A DNA stretch of 64,000 nucleotides, taken from contig NC_068983.1 of the NCBI RefSeq assembly GCF_001194135.2, positions 49,912,673 to 49,976,672 on the forward strand, given 5' to 3'. Source of the stretch: Octopus bimaculoides (Eukaryota). The translations under genes were made by a program, and so were the position numbers. This document shows positions 51,611-62,957 of this stretch, in pieces. Position 1 is the first letter of the stretch. Each line of letters starts with the position of its first letter. The notes beneath the pieces are model-generated. The model was not told the DNA's origin. It worked only from the letters and a program-made list of their open reading frames with translations, and did not search any database.

Positions 51611-51714
51611 AAAAAAGCATTGTTATTTCTTAATATTTTGTTATTTCTTAATATTCTTAATATTACACCTATACAAATGGCCATATTTTCATGGGTAAAA
51701 TAATGCATGACACA

Positions 51715-51950
51715 TACTCTTTTACTCTTTTACTTGTTTCAGTCTTTTGACAGTGGCCATGCTGGAGCACCGTCTTTAGTTGAGCAAATTGACCCCAGGA
51801 CTTATTCTTTGGAAGCCTAGTACTTATTCTATTGGTCTCTTTTTGACGAACCGCAAAGTTATGGGGACGTAAACACACCAGCCACGGCTGTCAAGCGATG
51901 TTGGGGGGAGGGACAAACAAAGATACAGAAACATATACACACACATACAT
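51715..51950 (-). mobile_element. Family A SINE 3' half, tail-to-tail with the previous copy
   Basis: tactcttttactcttttacttgtttcagtc..cccaggacttattcttt..gtaaacacaccagc. Confidence 0.85.
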
Positions 51951-53294
51951 AGACAGTGTCACATGACAACTTGCTGGGGCTGCCTGCTGGAGCCTAGCAG
52001 CGGGTATTTAAAGGGAAATTTTACAAGACAGTCAGTCAGCCGCAGATACTCGTTGTCGCTGCATGGAAGAGGCCAGGGAACAGAAGAAAGAAGGAGAAAG
52101 AAGACATGAACTCAACACCAGAGCTGAAGACACCTCTGAAAGGCGGGGCCCTGCCACATCATAATGGTAGGGTAATAGAGGAGAGGAGTTAGGGGCCAAA
52201 ACCAGATGTGGTTCCTCCTGGTGATGTCTTGAGCTAACTGGATCTTATAAAGGAGCTCTTGTGGTAGCAGACCTCAAAACATGCTTGCAATTCCTCAGTA
52301 TTAGAAATTATGGGTAGAAGATAAGTACAGAGAATAAGGGAAAGAGCACATAGCAACTTAGCATATTTCTGATTTTAAATCAAGATATAATTAAATATAT
52401 GGATGAAGGCTAGGAGTTATACTTAAGAATTTTAATAAGAGGATACTTTAAGATATAAGAGAAATATTAAAACTTATATCTTAAAGTACCCCTTTTAAAA
52501 TTTTTAAGAGAGAGAGGGGGGGAGGGTGAGAGAAAGCAAGAGCGTGAGAGTGCAAAAGAGAGCAAGGGAGAGTAGAGGAAGGGAGACAGATGGTGGTGAA
52601 GTGCCAGGGCGTACCTTCAAGGTACAGAGGTCAGAATATAAATGGTAGGGTGTTGCCAATGAGGAACGAATAAGAGGTAGAGTCTTCATATAAATGGGTG
52701 TGGATGGATTCAATGGCTGGTGAAACCTGGGTATATAAAGAGGGGTGGGGGAAACAGGATAGCAATGATGCAGTGAGTTGAGCAGTGAGGATAGGATTGG
52801 AGAGTGAGCGATAAGCATAAGCATAGGGCATGCGAAAAAGGAAATGTGAGGAAGGAAGAGGTGTAGTTTTTTGGTTTGTTGGGGTAGGTTGTGTGAAAAG
52901 TTCTATTATTATATGTGGGTGGAACCCACAGCATATATATANNNNNNNNNNNNNNNNNNNNNNNNNNNNNNNNNNNNNNNNNNNNNNNNNNNNNNNNNNN
53001 NNNNNNNNNNNNNNNNNNNNNNNNNNNNNNNNNNNNNNNNNNNNNNNNNNNNNNNNNNNNNNNNNNNNNNNNNNNNNNNNNNNNNNNNNNNNNNNNNNNN
53101 NNNNNNNNNNNNNNNNNNNNNNNNNNNNNNNNNNNNNNNNNNNNNNNNNNNNNNNNNNNNNNNNNNNNNNNNNNNNNNNNNNNNNNNNNNNNNNNNNNNN
53201 NNNNNNNNNNNNNNNNNNNNNNNNNNNNNNNNNNNNNNNNNNNNNNNNNNNNNNNNNNNNNNNNNNNNNNNNNNNNNNNNNNNNNNNNNNNNNN

Positions 53295-53339
<45 letters not shown>

Positions 53340-53494
53340 ATTTGTATATATAATATATATATATGTGTGTACTCACACATACATGCATAAATACATATAT
53401 ACATACACACACGCATACACACACACGCATACACACACAATACATATACATAGATACATACGTACATACATACTACATACATATATATATATGT

Positions 53495-53972
53495 ATATAT
53501 AATATATATGTATATATTCATATGTATATATACACATGTAAAACCACCAACATTCTATCTTATATATATAATATATATGTATATATTCATATGTATATAT
53601 ACACATGTAAAACCAGCAACATTCTATCTTATATATATAATATATATGTATATATTCATATGTATATATACACATGTAAAACCNNNNNNNNNNNNNNNNN
53701 NNNNNNNNNNNNNNNNNNNNNNNNNNNNNNNNNNNNNNNNNNNNNNNNNNNNNNNNNNNNNNNNNNNNNNNNNNNNNNNNNNNNNNNNNNNNNNNNNNNN
53801 NNNNNNNNNNNNNNNNNNNNNNNNNNNNNNNNNNNNNNNNNNNNNNNNNNNNNNNNNNNNNNNNNNNNNNNNNNNNNNNNNNNNNNNNNNNNNNNNNNNN
53901 NNNNNNTATATATAATATATATGTATATATTCATATGTACATATACACACATAAAAACCAACATTCTGTCTT
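53495..53972. repeat. 69-bp minisatellite spanning a gap
   Basis: aaacc(a/g)..aacattctatctt recurs at 53541, 53610 and 53679, and again after the gap. Confidence 0.85.
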
Positions 53973-54659
53973 AGATATTCATGCACAATAAATAGTATCT
54001 TAAGCTGAGGGATTTTCAAATATTCAAATTGAGATATTCAGTGACATTGCGTGGAATTTATTTATGTTTTCATGTATTTGTTCGTTCCATTATACATTTG
54101 TTTGTTGCATTATCTATTTATGAATCTATTTAAATAAATACAGAAAATACACTAAAACAGAAAACATAAGCTAAAATTTTCTGGAAAGCAGTTACCAATA
54201 TTTTAATACATGCGATTTAAAAGTCTCCCAGATCACTTTTGTCTTAACATGGTTTAGTGAAATATTTATCATAGAAAAATTAAAAAAAAAAATCTAAAGA
54301 AAAAGAATAAAGCAATATATACAAAACAAATTAAAAAATTTTAATTGCAACTTGCTATGTTTAGCTTCAGTTCAATTGCCCCCCATATGCGTACTGCCTG
54401 TTCATAGGTTATAATGAAACAAACATGATTAATGACTGAGTGTTAATGTTTAATGTATCTTAGCTACTATGACTTGCATATTTCATCCGTCCTTTGCTTG
54501 GTGAATTCTAAATCAAAATTGCCATGAAAGAAATTATTGTTCATTCTGTCTAGAAAACTTGGAATACTATAATCATATATTTCAACCGAATCATGATTAT
54601 TATCAATGTGACTCATCGTTATGAATGGGGAATGTTGTCATTATCATAACCACTGTCTT

Positions 54660-55250
54660 CATAAGTGTTGTTGTTGTTGTTGTTGTTGTTATTGATGTCA
54701 TTGCCATTGTCATCATGATTGTTGTTGTTTTATAGTCATCATCAACATAATTATCGTCATTATCATCGTCGTCATTGTCCTCGTCGTCGTCATCATTGTC
54801 GTCATCATAATCATCATAATCTTAATCTTCACTGTCATCATCCTCATCATCATCGTCGTCGTTGTCATCGTCTTCGCCGTCGTCATTGTCATCGTCGTCA
54901 TCATCATCCTTGTCATCATCATAATGAACATAATCATAATCTTCATTGTCATCGTCATCATCATCGTCGTCGTCGTTATCATCATTGTCATCATCAACAT
55001 CATCATAATCATAATCTTCATTATCATTCTCATCATCATCATCACTATTATCACCACCATAACCATGACCATTACAACTACCACCTCCACCATCCTCAAC
55101 CACCACCACCACCACCACCACAACCGGCTTTGCCATTATTCCTATAATTTTTGATGCCGTCATCATCGTTACCACTGTTATCTTTATCACCATCATTGGA
55201 ACGATCATTAACCTTCACAATCACAATCACCACCACCACCACCACCACCT
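54660..55250. repeat. Degenerate (CAT/CGT/CAC)n array
   Basis: Direct reading. Confidence 0.9.
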
Positions 55251-55802
55251 NNNNNNNNNNNNNNNNNNNNNNNNNNNNNNNNNNNNNNNNNNNNNNNNNN
55301 NNNNNNNNNNNNNNNNNNNNNNNNNNNNNNNNNNNNNNNNNNNNNNNNNNNNNNNNNNNNNNNNNNNNNNNNNNNNNNNNNNNNNNNNNNNNNNNNNNNN
55401 NNNNNNNNNNNNNNNNNNNNNNNNNNNNNNNNNNNNNNNNNNNNNNNNNNNNNNNNNNNNNNNNNNNNNNNNNNNNNNNNNNNNNNNNNNNNNNNNNNNN
55501 NNNNNNNNNNNNNNNNNNNNNNNNNNNNNNNNNNNNNNNNNNNNNNNNNNNNNNNNNNNNNNNNNNNNNNNNNNNNNNNNNNNNNNNNNNNNNNNNNNNN
55601 NNNNNNNNNNNNNNNNNNNNNNNNNNNNNNNNNNNNNNNNNNNNNNNNNNNNNNTTTATTTTATCAATATACTGCAGTATTTTTTTCTTTGTCAAAAATT
55701 AGAATTGTTTAACCCTTTAGCATTCAAATTATTTTGTTAAATGTAAGGGTAAAGATTCCTTTCAGTCGTGAATCACCATAAGATTGCACCTAAAAGCATT
55801 GT

Positions 55803-55944
55803 TTACATTATTTACATTTGATGGATATTTGTCCTCATCTTGTTTGTTGTTAACACAACGTTTCGGCTGATATACACTCCAACCTTCATCAGGTGTCTTG
55901 GGGAAATTTCGAACCTGGGTTCTCATTCCTAAGGTATTTTTCGA

Positions 55945-55980
<36 letters not shown>

Positions 55981-56051
55981 TCAGGTTACTGCCTGGTGGA
56001 ATCGAACTCGGAATATTGGGGTTAGTAGCCTGTGCTCTTAACCACTATACC
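55803..56051 (-). mobile_element. tRNA-headed element with internal (AAT)n and a hammerhead-bearing 3' part (copy 1)
   Basis: Reverse complement: ggtatagtggttaagagcacagg..gagttcgattcc..(aat)n..catcgaaaaatacc..gacacctgatgaagg..cagccgaaacgttgtgtt..gatgaggacaaatatcc. Confidence 0.85.
55852..55897 (-). ncRNA. Minimal type I hammerhead ribozyme motif (Penelope-type)
   Basis: GACAC CUGAUGA A GGUUG-N10-CAGCC GAAA CG UU GUGUU: stem I GACAC/GUGUU, stem II with one U.G pair, palindromic ACGU stem III. Confidence 0.7.
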
Positions 56052-56119
56052 TCAAGGAAGGATAGGAAAATATTAGCTTTATAAGCCCTAAAATTTACTC
56101 CACAATTGCATGGGTATAT

Positions 56120-56357
56120 GGCATAGTGGTTAAGATCGTGGGCTACTAACTCCTAGATTCCAAGTTCGATTCCAGGGAATGACCTGAATAATAATGATAA
56201 TAATAATAGCATCGAAAAATACCTTGGGAATGAGAACCCAGGTTTGAAATTTCCTCAAGACACCTGATGAAGGCTGGAAGGTATGACAGCCGAAACGTTA
56301 TGTTAACAACAAACAAGATGAGGACAAATATCCGTCAAATATAAATAATGTACATAA
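56120..56357 (+). mobile_element. tRNA-headed hammerhead-bearing element (copy 2)
   Basis: ggcatagtggttaag A-box, aagttcgattcc B-box, (aat)n, same body as copy 1. Confidence 0.85.
56259..56304 (+). ncRNA. Minimal type I hammerhead motif (one stem I mismatch)
   Basis: GACAC CUGAUGA A GGCUG-N10-CAGCC GAAA CG UU AUGUU. Confidence 0.6.
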
Positions 56358-56524
56358 TTCTCTGGGACACAAATCTAGGCAAGGTTGGAAGACCAGCAGT
56401 TGTCCATCCTCTCCATGGCACCGATGTTATCCAAGGGAAAGGGAAAAGCAAAGGGCGATACAGATTCACACCAGTGATGTCCACAGTGAACTGGAACAAT
56501 TGGAAAAAAAGTGTCTTGCTCAAG

Positions 56525-56790
56525 AAAGCCTGGTACTTATTCTGTCATCTCTTCTGCCAAACCGCTAAGTTACAGGGATGTAAATACACCAACATTGGTT
56601 GTCAAGTGATGGTTGGGGTGACAAATGCAGACACACAAGCATATNNNNNNNNNNAAATCCACTCACAAGGCTTTGGTCAGCCTGAGGCTACAGTAGAAGA
56701 CACATGCTTAGGGTGCCATGTAGTGGGGCTGAACCTGGAAACATGTGGTTGGTAAGCAAGCTTCTTACTATACAGCTACGCCTACACCTA
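56525..56790 (-). mobile_element. Family A SINE, gapped
   Basis: gtacttattc..gtaaatacaccaac..aaatccactcacaaggctttgg. Confidence 0.8.
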
Positions 56791-57341
56791 TACAAAATGT
56801 ACTTCACAATGTACTTCACTAAAGGTGCCCAGGGTCTTGGTAGTAGTGTGAAACTGACTGATAAAATGAAGCCTACATTTTATGTTATAAAACAGGTTAT
56901 TTGGTATTGAGCTTTTAAACTGAGATAGACAAGGCCATAAGTAAGGAAAGCATATATTTAGTTGAACTTATTTTCAAAATATAACTGCTTTGTCAGCATG
57001 GAAGATGAGCCTTAAAAGATGATGAAGATGGAGATGAGGGTGATCACAATGATGATGGTGATGATGATGAAGATGACAACGTTGATGAGGATGATAATTA
57101 TGTTTATAATGATTATGATAAAGAAAGATAAGGTCAAAGTTGATTTAATTTCAACCCGATTTGAAATTAGAAGATGAAGCGATGTAACCAAATACAGATC
57201 TACTGGTTCTGATATCCACAGATATTTAATGAATTATTAATTGTACACTTCTTGTGTTTCCATTTTACTAGGTGCTGTTCTAACAGAATAATTGCACAAA
57301 TATTGACCAGCTGATTCCAGTATTTCTTGTGATTTTCATAT

Positions 57342-57505
57342 AGGCGCAGGAATGGCTGTGTGGTAAGTAGCTTGCTTTCCAACCACATGGTTCCGGGTTC
57401 AGTCCCACTGTGTGGCACCTTGGACAAGTGTCTTCTACTATAGCCTCGGGCCGACCAAAGCCTTGTGAGTGGATTTGGTAGATGGAAACTGAAAGAAACC
57501 TGTCG

Positions 57506-57538
<33 letters not shown>

Positions 57539-57931
57539 NNNNNNNNNNNNNNNNNNNNNNNNNNNNNNNNNNNNNNNNNNNNNNNNNNNNNNNNNNNNNN
57601 NNNNNNNNNNNNNNNNNNNNNNNNNNNNNNNNNNNNNNNNNNNNNNNNNNNNNNNNNNNNNNNNNNNNNNNNNNNNNNNNNNNNNNNNNNNNNNNNNNNN
57701 NNNNNNNNNNNNNNNNNNNNNNNNNNNNNNNNNNNNNNNNNNNNNNNNNNNNNNNNNNNNNNNNNNNNNNNNNNNNNNNNNNNNNNNNNNNNNNNNNNNN
57801 NNNNNNNNNNNNNNNNNNNNNNNNNNNNNNNNNNNNNNNNNNNNNNNNNNNNNNNNNNNNNNNNNNNNNNNNNNNNNNNNNNNNNNNNNNNNNNNNNNNN
57901 NNNNNNNNNNNNNNNNNNNNNNNNNNNNNNA

Positions 57932-57963
<32 letters not shown>

Positions 57964-58356
57964 GGTGTAGGAGTGGCTGTGTGGTAAGTAGCTTGCTTAC
58001 CAGTCACATGGTTCCAGGCTCAGTCCCACTGAATGGCACCTGGGGCAACTGTCTTCTACTATAGCCTCGGGCCGATCAAAGCCTTGTGAGTGGATTTGGT
58101 AGATGTAAGCTGAAAGAAGTGCGTTGTATTATGTATATATATATGTGTGTGTTTGTGTTTGTCCCCACAACATCGCTTGATAATTGATGCTGGTGTGTTT
58201 ACATCCCCGTAACTTAGCGGTTCGGCAAAAGTGACTGATAGAATAAGTACTAGGCTTACAAAGAATAAGTCCTGGGGTTGATTTGCTCAACTAAACGCGG
58301 TGCTCCAGCATGGCCACAGTCATATAACTGAAACAAGAAAAAGAGTATAAAAGAAT
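57342..58356 (+). mobile_element. Family A head half (57342-57510), a gap, then a full family A SINE (57963-58356)
   Basis: aggcgcaggaatggctgtgtggtaag..; aggtgtaggagtggctgtgtggtaag..ctccagcatggccacagtc. Confidence 0.85.
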
Positions 58357-58639
58357 ATTGGCCCACATTGTTCTCAGAAAGAGTTAAAGCTTTCTTCTTG
58401 GTATACCACTGAGTAGTCTATATCACAGGGCAAATAGCAGAATTTGATTTATAGAACAAATCCTATCCCACCCAATTCCATCAAATCCCATCCAATCTCA
58501 AGATATATCTACAAGAATTGAACTTCGCATTGCAAAGTTATGAAATAATGTTTATAAATCCTCTAGTGCTTCCAGTACTTTATCAGAGTGGAACTTAGCT
58601 TTGTCTAAACCATCTGCCACTAAATTTTATTGCAACTAG

Positions 58640-59660
58640 ATACATGAAATCTTTCGTGCGAGATCGTTGCCAGTGCCCATGGACTGGCTCTTGTGCGAGT
58701 GAAACATGAGGTTTTTCGAGCGAGATCGTTGCCGGTGCCCCTGGACTGGCTCATGTGCGGGCGACACATGAAATCTTCCGAGCGGGATCGATGCCAGTGC
58801 CCCTGGACTGGCTCATGTGCGGGCGACACATGAAATCTTTCGAGCGAGATCGTTGCCGGTGCCCCTGGGCCAGCATGCGGGTGACNNNNNNNNNNNNNNN
58901 NNNNNNNNNNNNNNNNNNNNNNNNNNNNNNNNNNNNNNNNNNNNNNNNNNNNNNNNNNNNNNNNNNNNNNNNNNNNNNNNNNNNNNNNNNNNNNNNNNNN
59001 NNNNNNNNNNNNNNNNNNNNNNNNNNNNNNNNNNNNNNNNNNNNNNNNNNNNNNNNNNNNNNNNNNNNNNNNNNNNNNNNNNNNNNNNNNNNNNNNNNNN
59101 NNNNNNNNNNNNNNNNNNNNNNNNNNNNNNNNNNNNNNNNNNNNNNNNNNNNNNNNNNNNNNNNNNNNNNNNNNNNNNNNNNNNNNNNNNNNNNNNNNNN
59201 NNNNNNNNNNNNNNNNNNNNNNNNNNNNNNNNNNNNNNNNNNNNNNNNNNNNNNNNNNNNNNNNNNNNNNNNNNNNNNNNNNNNNNNNNNNNNNNNNNNN
59301 NNNNNNNNNNNNNNNNNNNNNNNNNNNNNNNNNNNNNNNNNNNNNNNNNNNNNNNNNNNNNNNNNNNNNNNNNNNNNNNNNNNNNNNNNNNNNNNNNNNN
59401 NNNNNNNNNNNNNNNNNNNNNNNNNNNNNNNNNNNNNNNNNNNNNNNNNNNNNNNNNNNNNNNNNNNNNNNNNNNNNNNNNNNNNNNNNNNNNNNNNNNN
59501 NNNNNNNNNNNNNNNNNNNNNNNNNNNNNNNNNNNNNNTTTCGAGCGAGATCGTTGCCGGTGCCCCTGGACTGGCTCATGTGCGGGCGACACATGAAATC
59601 TTCCGAGCGGGATCGATGCCAGTGCCCCTGGACTGGCTCTTGTGCGGGTGGCACATAAAA
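58640..59660 (+). repeat. 62-bp tandem array forming the 5' extension of a family C SINE (mostly gap)
   Basis: acacatgaaatctt..gagcg.gatcg.tgcc.gtgcccctggactggctcatgtgcgggcg with a period of 62 (58764 to 58826). Confidence 0.9.
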
Positions 59661-59885
59661 GACACCATTTCGAGCGTGGCCGTTTTCGTGCGTGTGACAC
59701 GTAAAAGCACCCACTACACTCTCTGAGTGGTTGGCGTTAGGAAGGGCATCCAGCTGTAGAACCTCTGCGAAATTAGATTGGAGCCTGGTGTTGCCATCCG
59801 GTTTCACTAGTCCTCAGTCAAATCGTCCAACCTATGCTAGCATGGAAGGCGGACGTTAAACGATGATGATGATGATGATGATGAT
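59660..59885 (+). mobile_element. Family C SINE body
   Basis: gtaaaagcacccactacactc..ggaagggcatccagctgtaga..gacgttaaacgatgatg. Confidence 0.85.
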
Positions 59886-60049
59886 ACAGGAGATCAGCAA
59901 AATATTCATTCTATCTCCCAAGGATGCTGTTCTCTGCAGAGGTAAGGACCGCAGCCTAGTTTTTAATGGCAGGTATGAAAGAGAACTTCTTATGAAGTCA
60001 GCAGAGGGTCTGACAGAATGCTTAATTAGTTTAATTAAAGCAGTACGTT

Positions 60050-60246
60050 TCCAGTACCACCTGACTGGCCCTCATGCCAGTGGCACATAAAAGCACCCAC
60101 TACACTCTCGGAGTGGTTGGCATTAGGAAAGGCATCCAGCTGTAGAAACTCTGCCAGATCAGATTGGAGCCTGGTGCAGCCATCTGGTTTGCCGGTCCTC
60201 AGTCAAATCGTCCAACCCATGCTAGCATGGAAAGCGGACGTTAAAC

Positions 60247-60298
<52 letters not shown>
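60050..60298 (+). mobile_element. Family C SINE
   Basis: ttccagtaccacctgactggccc..gcatggaaagcggacgttaaac(gat)n. Confidence 0.9.
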
Positions 60299-60300
<2 letters not shown>

Positions 60301-60510
60301 AGTCAGAGTTTAGTTTAACCTTAGTGATCCCACAATTTAGCCTTGGATGTTTTTACTGTCTCTGCTATAACTTTTCATACTTCTGTGTCTCACCTGCAGA
60401 AAAAGGGGTGATTTATTTCCAAACTAAGATTTTTATGCCTTCTTCTGTACCATCCAATCTCAAGATGTATCTGCCAAAGCAATTGAACTTAGCACTGCAA
60501 GCTAATGGAA

Positions 60511-60729
60511 TTACTCCTTACTCTTTACTCTTCTATTTGTTTCAGTCATATGATTGCCGCCATGCTGGAGCACCACTTTTAGTTGAGAAAATCGACCCCA
60601 AGTTTTATTCTTTGTAAGCCTAGTACTTATTCTATCAGTCTCTTTTTGCCGAACCGCTAAGTTATGGGGAAGTAAACACACCAGCATCGGTTGTCAAGCG
60701 ATGGTGGGGGGACAAACACAGACACACAA

Positions 60730-60766
<37 letters not shown>

Positions 60767-61034
60767 NNNNNNNNNNNNNNNNNNNNNNNNNNNNNNNNNN
60801 NNNNNNNNNNNNNNNNNNNNNNNNNNNNNATATATATGTATGTATTTTTATATATATACATACATATATATGACGGGCTTCTTTCAGTTTCCGTCTACCA
60901 AATCCACTCACAAGGCTTTGGTTGGCCCAATGCTAAAGTAGAAGACAGTTGCCCAAGGTGCCACGCAGTGGGACTGAACCTGGAACCATGTGGTTGGTAA
61001 GCAAGCTACTTACCACACAGCCACTCCTATGCCT
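60511..61034 (-). mobile_element. Family A SINE, full length with a gap in the central (TA)n
   Basis: Both halves are well preserved. Confidence 0.9.
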
Positions 61035-62836
61035 TCTTGATAATTATAAAGATAGCAAACTGAAAATTAATCATAAAGACAGCAAACCATGCCAGAAAAA
61101 ATGAAATGCTTAGCATCATTTCTTCCAATTTTACGTTCAAATACTGTATGGACTGATTTTGCATTTCATCCTTTCAAGTTTGATAAAATAAGAACCTGTT
61201 GAACCCTGGGTGGATGTACTTGTATTAACTCCTCCCTTGAAATTAGCTGGCCTTGTGTCACAATTTGAAACCAATTATAAAGTGCTCCAGGTTCTTATAG
61301 CAGTTACCTGTGCATATCACTACCATGTGGTGCATTTTTAATGCTGTATGAAATGTAACTAGCAAATGTTAAGAATCAAGGTGACAGGAACACAAAATGT
61401 CTGCAGTGATAGGATACAAAACCTCTTCAAACTTCAACTGCATGTTCGATTTGATTGCTTTTTTATCAACTGAAGCATATGTGATGTTTCAAATATTAAA
61501 TTGGATAAAAACTTCCAGATGTTTTTAATGAAAAGCATGCCTATGTTGTATGTTGAAATATATGGGCTGATTGTTAAATTTATTGCTTTGTAATGTGTTG
61601 TTTGTAATGCGCAAGGAAATACTACACTAGTTCAGTTGGCTGCTTCAGTACAGGCCATAAATCCTTGGGTTTCTGAAGAAATCTATGCCACCAATGAAAT
61701 TTATTGCTTCATCGTAAAATTTCAATAGGGTCATTTATGTTTGGCTTTCGACAGATTGCACTGACAGTTGGTGCTTGTTTCTGCTTTTTAATTCATTGTT
61801 TGTTATACCTCTTCTCTTAATTTAACAACATACCATAACGGAATCACCAAATACTAACCACCCACAACATCAACGCTCTCATCACATCACCATCAATAAT
61901 AAACCCATCAAACAGCATTGGTAACAACAACAATAACAACAACAAAAGCACAAACAAAAAGCAGCAGCAATAACAATTACGATGGATCATTTGTTTAGTT
62001 CGTATAGGCAGAGGTTTAAACAAATGATTTAGTCACATTTAATCCAAAGCTTGACAGAATATTGAGAATAAAACCAAACTATATCACTAAATCAAAGTTC
62101 TACACTTGTTCAGTACATGTCATAAATCTGAACTCTGGCCATCAGCAAACCCGAAAAGAAAAAAAAAAAGGCAAAAACAGAATAAAACAAAAATAAAATT
62201 ACAAGAGCAACATTGATAACATTTACATGACAAGATGTTAAAATATCGATTTTATTGTTGTTTCAAGGTGTAATAACAGTTTAGTAGCATTAACGAACAA
62301 AACAAACATTAATAAAAAAAGTCAAAAACAAACCAATATACAAAGAGAAATAAAAGCTACAAAGAGAATCAGTAACTCGGAGAAGCTGTTAATCTTCTCC
62401 TTAGGGGAAGAAAACATGGCAATAAAATTGAAGAAGTCGAAGATGTTTTGTAAATAGTTGAGTTGAGATGAAACAGATCAGAGATGATCTCATTCATATA
62501 AATTTTGTCTTCGTTTTTAGAAATGAGGCATAAAGTTTCTTATTTCTGTAGTGAGGAAATATGATGTTTTTACTTCAGTTACATCTGCCTCTCCATCCTC
62601 CATCCATCCTCCTCCATCCTCCATCTTCCACCCTCCTCCATTCTGCTTTCTCATCCTCCTCTTCTTCTTTCTCTTCATCCTCCTTGTCCTCATCCTCTTG
62701 GTCCGCCCCCGCTTCAACATCATCATCCCCACCATCCTCCTCCTTCTCATCATCGTCATCAACATCCCCCTTCTCCCCTCCCTCCCAGTCCTCTCCTCTA
62801 ACACCCCTCCTCCCCTCCACCCCTTATTCTTCTCCT

Positions 62837-62867
<31 letters not shown>

Positions 62868-62902
62868 TCACTTGCTCAATGATAATAATAATGATATTAA
62901 TG

Positions 62903-62945
<43 letters not shown>

Positions 62946-62957
62946 TAATAATAATGC

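Noticed and set aside
52123-52142. ctgaaga..gaaa hammerhead-like spacing
   Set aside because: The intervening cacctct cannot form stem II.
51957-52450. Possible solo LTR
   Set aside because: It has a TG start and a TATA-like box, but no clear CA end, TSD or PBS/PPT, so it was not called as a feature.
54713-55208. His-rich, Asp-rich and Met/Thr-rich ORFs
   Set aside because: All frames are open because of the (CAT/CGT)n array.
55709-55745. TTAA-CCCTTT piggyBac-like MITE end (a possible right end also lies at ~45520-45543)
   Set aside because: Only single degenerate termini are present, far apart and not pairable.
56120-56190. Possible tRNA gene (also the heads of SINE families A and B)
   Set aside because: A- and B-boxes are present, but the acceptor and anticodon stems do not pair properly and the heads run into SINE bodies.
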